From Vicugna vicugna (taxonomy: Eukaryota), in NCBI GenBank assembly GCA_013265495.1, contig MU058065.1, positions 5,182,976-5,246,975 on the forward strand: DNA of 64,000 bases, given 5' to 3'. This document shows positions 1 to 9,938 of this stretch, in pieces. The translations under genes were made by a program, and so were the position numbers. Below the pieces are notes generated by a model. It was not told where the DNA came from. It worked only from the letters and a program-made list of their open reading frames with translations, and did no database searches. Position 1 is the first letter of the stretch. Each line of letters begins with the position of its first letter.

Positions 1-7
1 AGTTTGG

Positions 8-13
8 TTTATT
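8..13 (-). terminator. AATAAA polyadenylation signal of the putative minus-strand gene
   Basis: tttatt at 8-13, about 50 nt downstream of the TAG at 63-65. Confidence 0.45.
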
Positions 14-319
14 TTGTAGTTCATTGTATTAAAAATGGGATTAAGCCATTAGATGATGCATTCTATTCAATTTCTCGATAACCTATGTATGGATCAGGGG
101 AAGTACCATTTACATTTGGAATGCCATCAAAAATATAAAAATAACCTCTAGGAGAAAATAGGTTTATAGAGGGGGCAAAAATATGCATTTCAGATGATAT
201 GAAATCTTTCTGGTTTCACAGAGTAAGTCCCATTTCTCAAATCGTGTATCTGCTCATACACAGCATGTACTCTGTTTTGTTTTGTTTTGTTTTAATGTCC
301 CTATATTGAAAAAACTTAC

Positions 320-398
320 CTTTCCCATGCAGGTCTATTTGTTGATGCTAAAATCCACGGTCCATAATGGTTAATTGGTTACACATTCTGGTAAGCAT
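320..398 (-). other. Best-supported single exon (79 nt) of the putative gene
   Basis: Pyrimidine-rich acceptor aacttctgttttacag and consensus donor AAG|gtaagt. Confidence 0.55.
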
Positions 399-1031
399 CT
401 GTAAAACAGAAGTTTGGATAATACTAAAGTGCTTAAACAGCACATGTGAAGCACACAGCCTCTCCATCTTACATCTCTGTATTTCTTGGGGTGTATGCTC
501 GGAACTGGATGGGTATTAGATATCACACAGGGCTACCAGTATCCGAGGAGGCCCTCAAACGACTTTTGGAAGTTGCAGCAGTATTCATGGGCTGCAGAAT
601 GATAAAATAGTGATTCTGGTGTTAGTTCCAGTAATTGACTTTGCAGCATCAGAGGCAGGGCACCCCCTGCAGAGCACATCAGTAACTTGGTTCCTCTAGG
701 GGATGTCTTGCCGGCGCCTGGGTGGATCCATGACCTTTGGCAGATGGAGTAGTATTTGAATATACCCAATCAGGAAAATAAAAACAATAAAAGAAAGGCA
801 ATTTTCTAAATGAAATCTACATGAGCTGAACTTCCTGCAACAGTTCATCAGAACCCATGAGGATCACACAGGAGGTTTTTCAACCACCTCCACAACTCCA
901 ACTGATCCTGAAAAACCTCTTTTTTTTTAAACTTGCTTCTTAAAATATGCACTAGAAGGAGTAAATAGAAATGTACTTGGCCCCCACCCATTTCAGCATT
1001 TCAGGTGTTTGTTCCTGGTCTCCACTTTAGG

Positions 1032-1032
<1 letters not shown>

Positions 1033-1065
<33 letters not shown>
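1033..1065. repeat. (TG)16 microsatellite
   Basis: Direct reading. Confidence 0.97.
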
Positions 1066-1067
<2 letters not shown>

Positions 1068-1480
1068 ATACATATGTGTTTACAATCTTACACCCATTGT
1101 AATATTTGTTAACAAAAAGCAAAAGAATATTTCCCCCTCTCAGGAAAAACCTCCATAAGACCTTTTCTGAACAGAGTTTTAGTGGAAAGAACAAATCACG
1201 CAATTATGGACCAGCTAGAATTTCTTAAGATTCAGGTTCCATTACCATTATTTGTACCTCAAAAGGAACCCCAAGATTCATCCTGTCTTCCCAGTCCCCC
1301 AGTGATGGGGCTGAACTTTGTGAAAATTGTCAAAGCTCATACAGAGGGTTAACTTGGGGCTCTTGGATGATGGCTGCCTTTACTGCACGATGTGTATCCA
1401 AGCGCATATTTCCTTTTAAATTCGGATGTGAGGCCACAGTCACCTGCACTGAGACGCTCACATGGGTCACTGTTTCAGGT

Positions 1481-1653
1481 AGCGGTTCCCACACTTCGCT
1501 GCATATCAGAACCACCAGAAGGCTGATAAAAAATCCTGATGCCAGGCCCATCCCAGACCATTTAAATAAAAATCTCTGCAGGTGGATCCAGCATCAGTAC
1601 TTTTTAAAGCTCCGCAGTTGATTCCAATGTGCCAACAAACTTCAGGACCACTG
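1481..1653. mobile_element. MER5B-like hAT-Charlie MITE
   Basis: agcggttcccacactt...gcatcagtactttttaaagctcc...gattccaatgtg...ggaccactg resembles the MER5B consensus and termini. Confidence 0.8.
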
Positions 1654-3829
1654 GTTTTGGGTAAAGGAAGGAACAAACAAACAAGCAAAAACTGAAGTCA
1701 GTAAACATTTCTTTCCTCCACTTGGTTGGAATGGAGCCAGACGGATCTCCAGTGGCTTTTTAAAGGTAGCCACTCCCAAGAACTACGGAGAAGATAAAAG
1801 AACCCTCTGCAGTTTGAGTAGAGGCTCATTTACTGCTGTAATTTGCTTGTGCACAAAGCCACAGTCAGTCTTGTGGGTGGAGTAGGGTTGGGTGAATCCT
1901 TCTCACAAAGCCGGCAAAAAAGAACACGCTGAGATGCCTCCGGGTCTCTCGGCACCCTAGTAGAGATGATTTCAGTCCACTTAGCAACCGATCGAGAGTC
2001 ACAAAACCCTCTTTGGGGTCTGAAACAGCGTCTGAGATTAGGACATTCCTCTCCACTTTCTCTGGGTTCTCCCGAGCATCTGCCCGCCTTTGCTGACACT
2101 GCTGGATGCCTCCCTTGGGTACCAGACACCTGGGAGCAAAGTCCTGTGGCAAACAAGCCTTGACTGCAGAGAAGCAGGTGTGTGGAGGCAGCCAGGGGGC
2201 AGACGCGGGCGGCTGCTATTTTCTCTGAAACCCGGAGAAACGTTTTACCACGCGTTCTAGACAGCTGGTAAAATCCAGCTCGGAGCTGTGTATCCTGCTC
2301 AGTGTTCAACTTATCCATGCCATCAAAGGAAAGTTGCTAACACCTTTACTTTAATATCTTGCTCTTCAGTGACAATCCCAAAGTTGGTAGAATCTTCTAC
2401 CACGTGACCCTAGTTAACTGCTCCAGACACACTTCTCAGTTTTTGTGGCTCCTCCTTCCTGTTTGGATGACATAAGCAGAGAATGGGTTTTTACAAAGCC
2501 ATGCCTCCCGTGATGGAGATGCAGATCACCCCCATCACTTGCTACCACAGGTAGCAAACAGGAAGTGCTTTTGCATTTATCTCTTGCGATTTTTTGCAAG
2601 AGTTTCTAGGGTGTCAAATCAGGAGTGAAACTTCTGAGATGTAAGGCAATCACACGGTTAAGTTTATTAACCACTGACAGTTTACTTTGCAGGAACAGTA
2701 GATCAGTTTACACTCTTACCAGTGGTGCCTGAGTAAGAACAGTGCTGTACAGGGTTTGTGACCAAGCAAAAATGAATAACTACACAGAATTTAGAGTCTC
2801 TTATTCTTTAAGTGCCACAGTTCTACCTAACCCCCTTTTAGCTCAAGCCAACTTTCTTAAGAATTGTTGCAATTATTTTTATTTTTACTAAAAATAGATT
2901 GATTGTGTATTACATTGGCTAGTTAAGACCACATTCCAAATTCCAGTTATGATTTGAAATATGACTTCATTCTGTGTATATCTCATAATATATAAAAGCT
3001 ACCATGTGTATTTTTGTTTTCTATAGAACAAGAACTCAAAATTAATATGAAAGCTAAAATATACCTATCCCTATGAAGTATGAACAAATCCACCACTTGG
3101 CAATAGCGCTTTGCTTGAGGAACTACTTTAAGAAATGTCGTTTCCACTAAAAAGCACCTTGGAGTTTAAGGGCTTCTGGAGACTGGGGTGAAGAAAGCAT
3201 AGAGAGAAACTATATCCAGCATTCAAACCAGCAAGAATGTGCTGGCCAGATTCAGACTGTTGGCAGGAAAAGATTTTTATAATTTCTTTTCCATAATTTA
3301 GCCTAGCTGGATAATTACATTTAGAAAAATAAGAAAGTAACCACAGATGTATATGTAATGGACTAAAAAAATGTAGATATATCTCTAGTGAAAATAAAAC
3401 GAGCAATAATGAAAGAAAGCTCTCATTATCAGCTTAAGAACGAAAGTTGTATTCACTCCAACCAAAAGAACAATTAAATTCAGCCAGAAAGGCATAGAAT
3501 GCCAATCTTATCCACGTGTCACTTCAGCAAGCTAGCTTGACAGTTGTACACCCACTCTCGTTGACAATTAAAACACATCTCGAAGGAACAGATCAAACTC
3601 GACAGGTGTGGGTAGCAAAGCTTTTCTATCCAAACCAGTTTCACGCAACCCAGAGTTCAAAGCTTTGTCTGAAGCAGGAGCTTTGGCTCAAAAACCATTC
3701 TTGGTTCTCCATAAGTAGTTGAAACGGTCTGGGAAGGCAGTATGCTGAAAATAAAAAGAACACAGGCGTTGGGGCCATCTGCGTGACAGTTACACAAAGT
3801 TACAAGATCCTGGGACAGAGTTACTTAAC

Positions 3830-4140
3830 TTCCTGGAGGTTCCAAAGGAGCATCTGTTTCCTTGGCTTTTCTGGCTGCTTGAGGCCGCTGTATTCCCTGG
3901 CTTATGGAATCACATCACTCTGACCTCTGCTACTGTGACCTCTTCTCTTACCCTGCCGCTCCTGCCTCCTTCTTTTACTTATGAGGACTTCTGTGATTAC
4001 ATTAAGCCTACCCAGGTATCCAGGACAGTCTCCTCATCTCGAGTCTTAATCTAATCATATCTGCCATATCCTCTTTGCCATATATTCACAGGTCCGAGGG
4101 ATTAGGACCTGGGCATCTTTGGAGGCCACTATTATGTCAG
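3830..4140 (-). mobile_element. MLT1C-like MaLR LTR, 3'-truncated
   Basis: gtgattacattaagcctacccagg...atattcacaggtccgagggattaggacctgggcatctttggaggcc matches the reverse MLT1C consensus. Confidence 0.85.
4047..4057 (+). promoter_or_regulatory. DUX4/DUXC-type double-homeobox motif TAATCTAATCA inside the MLT1C LTR
   Basis: Exact match to the TAAYYYAATCA consensus; binding not demonstrated. Confidence 0.5.
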
Positions 4141-4144
4141 CTGC

Positions 4145-4310
4145 ATTACTTATATGACATTTGGCAAGGTGCAATCTTGATAGACCTCAGTTTCCTTATC
4201 TGTCAAGTGGGAATCTTTAGTTATCTTGAGGCTTAAATCAAATAATGACTATGGAGTACTCAGCCGAGGGCCCGCACACGGAGCAAGTGTTCCACAATTG
4301 CAACTCGTAA
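4145..4310 (+). mobile_element. MIR SINE fragment
   Basis: MIR core cctcagtttccttatctgtcaagtggg. Confidence 0.7.
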
Positions 4311-4629
4311 TAGTACTAAGAACAGACACAAAACACCAATAGCAGAGAACGATGCGAGGGGCCTAAGGGTTTTATCACTGAAATTGTCTTAATTTGTCCA
4401 TTGACTATGCATGAAAGACATCTTTATGATCATATTGAAACAATATGCCAGTTGATTTTTTTAAAGCTATGATCAGAACAGGAGTTTATGTCATAAGACA
4501 GAAGGATTACTTACAGCATTAGTAATAGGTTAAAAGAGTGCCTAATAAAAGAGATTGAGTGAACCATACCTCTCAGAAGAAAGATCAAAATTATGTAACA
4601 GACTGTAGATATAAAAAGCCTTAAAACTG

Positions 4630-4900
4630 CACAGATCCCATGACCCAGATAGCAAACACCCAGGAGTACACCGAAGGATACGCGCCAAGACTCAGCTATG
4701 TGGGTGTTTGTAATGGCATTGTTGATAAAAGGAAAAAAAATGTGAAAATCAAATTGTTTTACTGTAGGAAACTTCAAATAAACCAAACCTATATTTGTTG
4801 GTAAAAAAAACAAAAAACGAAGACAACAAAAAGAGAGAAGAAACACACCAAAATGTTAACAGTGTTGAATTATGGTAAATTATGGGTAATTGTTTTTTCC
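4630..4900 (+). mobile_element. Old L1 (L1M) 3' fragment
   Basis: cccatgacccag...gtttgtaatggcattgttgataaaaggaaaa resembles the L1 ORF2 end/3' UTR. Confidence 0.55.
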
Positions 4901-6384
4901 ATTTGCTCAGCCTTATATTCTAAATGTTCTGCAGTTTTCTACTTTGTAATAAGCCAAATCCAGTCTTGTTTGTTTACCTGTAGCGATTGTGGGTTTGACA
5001 TTGCAACACGGAATGAGCAAGTTCATGCAGGACACTGCCTGGCCAGGCCTGCCCTCAGATGAGCCAGCTGGTTCTTGAACCTGAAGGGTCAGGAAGGAGG
5101 CAAAGCTTTCCTGGTTCTCAGGCGTCCAAGAACTACTTTTAAGCCAGACACAGAAGTAAGCAGGAGCCAGAGAAAAGCTGGAGAGGTTCTGGATAATCAA
5201 AAAGGCTAAAAAATATTTTTTAAATACTGAGTTGGGTGCAGATAGAACTTGAGTGTTGGATAGAGGTGTCTAAAATAAAGGGGTCTCTGAATAAAAGCCT
5301 TGATACTTACTCTGTGTCATGCCATTGTTGATATTAGCATTCATTCTCCCCATCTGCACTTACACGTAGAAACCGTACCTTCAGTTGCATCAAAAGCATT
5401 GACCTGAGATTATATCAGGGACATGATAAGCAGGGGCCCAGGGGATAAAGGGGAAAGATTTTTCTGATGCTGTAGTCCAACAAAAGCCCTGCAAATAACA
5501 TGATCCTCAAGTAAGGACACCTGTGCCCTAGACCTGCTATTCCATTAATTAACTATGTGACCTTGAGCAGATCAATTATCCTCTCAGAATTTATTTTCAG
5601 AGAAGATCAGACTAGAATTAATGGTTCTCTAACTATTATTCTTGGAAACAGCAGGGGTTTGAAGCAAGGGATAAATGGAAAAAATCCTCATCCTTCCACT
5701 CTTGCTCAAAACCAGGGCAATTATAATTTTTATCTCTTTTATTCATTTACATTTCCTCATAAAATTTCATTTAAAGAAAGGGTTCCACTGTATTTAAAAA
5801 GTCATTTGAAAGTTCCTTGACTAGATGACTTCTCACTCATGTCCACATTATAACCATCCACCTAGAAGGACTTCAGGTGGTAGCCAAAAAGTCAGGAAAC
5901 CCAGCATTCAAGGACCAGATGCCTGCAGCTTGAGGACAAAGGCACTGGCCACGAAACACAGGACAAATGCAACTGAGCACACATTAGGAAGCTGGAAGCC
6001 AGGGAATCTGGTTCTGCATCCTGTCTTTCCACTTCTCCAGGTAAACTCCTACTGCCCATGTTTCTCAAGCGCTGCGTTTGCTTTAGTGTGGTTTTATAGG
6101 CCAGGTCAAATGGGGCAAATACTGGAGTGTAGTTTTACTCTACTCTCTAAGCTTGACATGGACAGAAAAAGACTAGAGCACATACATATTTCCATCTCAC
6201 TGTCACTTCTCACTTAGGTAATAACCAAGAGTGAGGGGAAGAAAGTGCCAAAGAAGGGCAGGAAAGAGTCTTTATTTGCTTGGATATACTGATGAGAATA
6301 AAAGCCAGCACTGGTCCTTATTTCCCTTCTTCCTCACCCTCTGAAAACCTGTGCAGGTAGCCCCACCTTACCCTTCACCATGTT

Positions 6385-6575
6385 AACAATAATGGCTCCC
6401 ACTTCTTTAGCGCCACCTGTGGGCCAAGTGCAGTACTAGATGCTCTCCATATATAAATTCATAGGCCTATGCAGAATTATTAACCCATCTCAGAGATGAT
6501 GAAAACAAGACTCAAGAAATGTAACTAACTTGCTCAGGATCTCAGAACTAGCCATGGAACACAGAACTCAAACCT
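6385..6575 (-). mobile_element. MIR SINE
   Basis: attattaacccatctcagagatgatgaaaacaagactcaagaaatgtaactaacttgctcagg is the reverse MIR core. Confidence 0.8.
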
Positions 6576-7965
6576 TGACATAATGTGGATAGACCTTAGA
6601 GTTTATTGCAAGAGCCACAAAGTGTGTAAAACCAGGGAATCCACACAGTAGTAAAATAACTACTAATCTGCTCCCTCTTGCTAATTATTCTCTGCAACAA
6701 ACACATTTTGAGTAATAACAGAACACATAATTTCTTTCTTCAAAATGTCCTCTGAAGGTCACAACTTTTAGCAGAAGTAACTATTTTCTATTTTGGTCTG
6801 GCTTTAATTTGGGTAATGGTCTGATTGAACATAGATATTTATGACATTTATTAAAAGCTTTTATTACTAATTTTGCCCAGAAAAAAATTCTAATGGAGAT
6901 GTATTGGAGAATTTCCATAAAATTAATGTCCAGACTTAATGGATGTCTAAGGTATCATTATTAACGAGAATGTTCCATATACTAGGATCTTTGATTAGAG
7001 ATTAGATACAGTTAGATCAGAACTTATTTAAAACTGGACACATGCCAAAGTATCCAGAAATTCAATTTAAACACATTCTAGAGGCTAATGCTTTATTTAG
7101 GTTGTGTCTTTATGATGTCAAATGAAAAGCTGCAGTTACAGAAAAATCAATTGATTTGGTCAGTTGCTGGATAATCAAAAGACCACATCGTGCTCAGTTA
7201 GACTCCTGCCGATGCCTCCATGAAACCAATCAGTTCAATCAACATGGACTTTCCATCTGTAGAAATTGATCACCAACCATCCAGAGGGACATTCTTACTG
7301 GACCAGTGGTCCAGGTCTCACTCAACCCCTGATTGGCCCAGGCTGGACTGATGGACTGAGTGCGACTGTCTTTCCGAAGACTTCAAACTCACAACTGTGA
7401 TTCTCAGCAATGTAAGGGAATCCCACGGCTCCTGCTTCCAGTCTGCAAAGGACATATCAAACCCCCTTAGACACATCTTCATGCTATGCCTTCCACTGAG
7501 ACTGAAATTCTGAGAAGTCATCCTCCTTCCCAGATTCAGAATCCCCCATTTAGCGTTAGCTTTAATGGCCATGAAAAGTGTCACATTGGGTTATGTTTTA
7601 GCTTCCTGTCCCTCTAAGGAATCTCAAGCAGTGCTCAACACTCTTAAGCAACTAAAAAAAGTAAAATAAAATAAAACTGAGAAGGGAAACAAAGAAAAAA
7701 AAAAACAGCTTGGATGTAGCTGCAGTTATCAAAGGGAGGACCATGGTATTTCTGACCCAGTTCAGAACAGGATTCAATTTGAGTCCTCTGACAACCTGCA
7801 GGCAATGTTCTGGGTTGGTGGGCATCCCTAGAATCCTTTATAAGCAACACAGAGGATGAGCCGCAACATCCCGAGGTCAGTAAGTGATTCTGGTTTTGTG
7901 AAAACTTGCCCTGAAGACTCTTGTTTGTCAGATCCTGGTTTCTTCTCATCTTCCTAGACCCAAAC

Positions 7966-8318
7966 CAGAAGCAGCAAACCAGTGGCCCACAGATGTACTT
8001 GGTTTGCTTCACAAAACAGTGGCCCAAACAATATTTAAAACTAATTAACAACAACAAATAAAATTGAATTAATTGCTAGTTTTCAAAAATGATGAGGATT
8101 CATAGAAAGCGTGGATTCCCAGCTTTTCTGGAAAATTCAGAACAGACAGTATCGCCGAGGCATATTCCCCAAGGCTGCATTCAGCAGAAATGCTCCGTTT
8201 ACTGCCTCCAGTCGTCTCCATTGCTTCCAGATGCTGTGAGGTTGGATCAGATACACTTACTTAGCTTGTTCTATTACCTGCTGTCCCCTGTAAGCATTTG
8301 ACTTTGCAACGCCACCTC
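7966..8318. mobile_element. MER102-like hAT element
   Basis: catagaaagcgtggattcccagcttttctggaaaattcagaa and terminal gcatttgactttgcaac. Confidence 0.65.
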
Positions 8319-8544
8319 AAACTGAAGAAGCTAGATGCAATCTCAGAGACCATCTTTTTCAACTACATCCTTCTATAAATGAGAATTGAAGATCCAGAGA
8401 AGGGAAGTGACTTGCCCCAAACTATACATCTTGCTAGTGGCAGAGCTGGGAGTGGACTCCAGATCTTCCCTCAATCCATCGATTTCATCTCCAAGTAAAA
8501 TCAACCCCAACTGACACTCAGGCCATTAACATGAAAGACCGCTC

Positions 8545-8770
8545 GGATGTACTGAGCCCTTACTACAAACCTGCCAGCACTACGCTAATCTCCTTTCATA
8601 TGCGATCTCGGTTCATTCTCATAGCCGTGCTATGCATTCGGTGTTCATGTTAACCCTGTTTTATACATAAGGACACCGAGGCATGGAGAGATTAAGACAC
8701 CAGCCCAGTGTCACACAGTGAGGAGCAGACCCATGATGGAATATCCTAAGCCCAGCATATACTGCTTCAC
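8545..8770 (-). mobile_element. MIR SINE
   Basis: ttttatacataaggacaccgaggcatggagagattaag. Confidence 0.7.
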
Positions 8771-8789
8771 CTTCCTCCACGCTCTGATT

Positions 8790-8905
8790 CACTCATTCAT
8801 TCAACAAATGGACAACCCCATATTATGAGCCCTGCACTGTTCTGGGAGCTGGGGATGCAGCAGTGAAGATCCAAAGTGGCTGCCCTCAGAGAGCTTGCAG
8901 TCTAT
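8790..8905 (-). mobile_element. L2 3' end
   Basis: cattcattcaacaaat...ctggggatgcagcagtgaa...tgccctcagagagcttgcagtcta. Confidence 0.8.
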
Positions 8906-8948
8906 GACAGTTGTCACTGACTGCACGTACCAAGATCAATCATTTCCA

Positions 8949-9539
8949 AGACACATGCACCCCAACATTCACAGCAGTACTGTTGACAATAGCTAAGACA
9001 TGGAAGCAACCTAAATGTCTATCAACAGATGAATGGCTAAAAAAGTTTTATGGTATATATATATATACAATGGAACACTATTTGGCCATAAAGAAGAATG
9101 AAATAATGCCATTTGCAGTAACATGGGTGGACCTAGAGATTATTGTATTAAACTGAGGTAAGTCAAATAGAGAAAGACAAACATCACATGATATCACTTA
9201 TATGTGGAATCTAGAAAAAAATAATCCAAATGAACCTATTTACAAACTAGAAATAGACTCACAGGCCCAGAAAACAAACTATGGTTACCAAAGGGGAAAG
9301 AGGTGGGGAGCAGGTGAGAGGGATAAATTAGGAGTTTGGGATTAACATATACACACTACTATATATAAAATAGATAAGCAATAAGGACCTACTGTGTAGC
9401 GCATGGAGCTATATTCATTATCTCGTAATAACCTATAATGGAAAAAAATCTGAAAAAATATATGTATAACTGAATGGCTTTGCTGTGCACCTGAAACTAA
9501 CACAACATTGTAAATCAACCATACACCAGTTTAAAAAAT
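8949..9539 (+). mobile_element. 5'-truncated L1 (cetartiodactyl-type 3' end) with TSD
   Basis: ORF 8911-9156 encodes the L1 ORF2p C-terminus (TIAKTWKQPKC...AIKKNEIMPFA.TW.DLE); TSD atca(a/g)tcatttcca at 8935-8948 and 9540-9553. Confidence 0.93.
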
Positions 9540-9604
9540 ATCAGTCATTTCCACTTTCGCCATCTCATATCACCGTGAGTTTTGTTGGTGTCTCTTCTTC
9601 CTGA

Positions 9605-9938
9605 CCAAGGCAGTTCTGCAGTTTGCAGCAAGGTGCTCACTGAAGTTAAGTTTCCACCCTCCCACTGAAATTGGGAGACTGGAGTGTCATCAGCTTTGTA
9701 GATTACATTTCAAAGTGATGGCAGTGATTTCCCAGGTCCTTGAGAAAGACATGCCAAAGCTATAAAACTGGCAAGAGGCTTTTTAAAATATTTACATGTC
9801 AAGGGGCAGAGAAAGGATTTATAATTGCAAGTTTTCTAGCAAATCCTGTAAGAAAAGGTTGATTAGGGCCCCAGAGTCAAGAAGAAACCTGACCAAAAGT
9901 TAGTCACGCTGAGGGAAAAGTTAAGGCCATCTTGGTCA
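9605..9938 (-). mobile_element. MER31-like ERV1 LTR fragment
   Basis: cccaggtccttgagaaagaca...aaaactggcaagaggc...ttaaggccatcttggtca. Confidence 0.75.

Larger units (their letters stand above)
63..2318 (-). pseudogene. Putative 5-exon disrupted gene of unknown identity (exons 2318-1834, 1443-1258, 591-473, 398-320, 147-63)
   Basis: GGC-ATG-G start at 2318. Donors: GCA|gtaaat, GAG|gtacaa, GAT|gtaaga, AAG|gtaagt. Acceptors: gtctcagtgcag, ttttatcattctgcag, cttctgttttacag, ctattttctcctag. Exon 2 is 186 nt (phase 0/0). Exon 4/5 phases join as ...PAWER|GYFYIFDG...REIE*. MER5B and (TG)n lie only in the introns. In-frame stops at 1903-1905, 1330-1332, 523-525 and 379-381; frameshifts inferred near 1916-1921 and 488-491. 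Confidence 0.5.

Noticed and set aside
63..398. GPWILASTNRPAWERGYFYI resembles the papain-family C-terminal motif (W..xNSWG..WGE.GYF)
   Set aside because: The NSW motif and WG glycine are missing and no upstream cathepsin motifs are present; too weak to name the gene.
2243..2273. TTTTACCA...TGGTAAAA hairpin
   Set aside because: 8-bp AT-rich arms are expected by chance in 64 kb.
7393..7442. Isolated 50-nt minus-strand exon-like segment (ctttgcag...gtgagt)
   Set aside because: No partner exons or recognisable peptide; such pairs arise by chance.
8911..9156. 81-aa ORF as a host gene
   Set aside because: It is the C-terminus of L1 ORF2p in a truncated copy.
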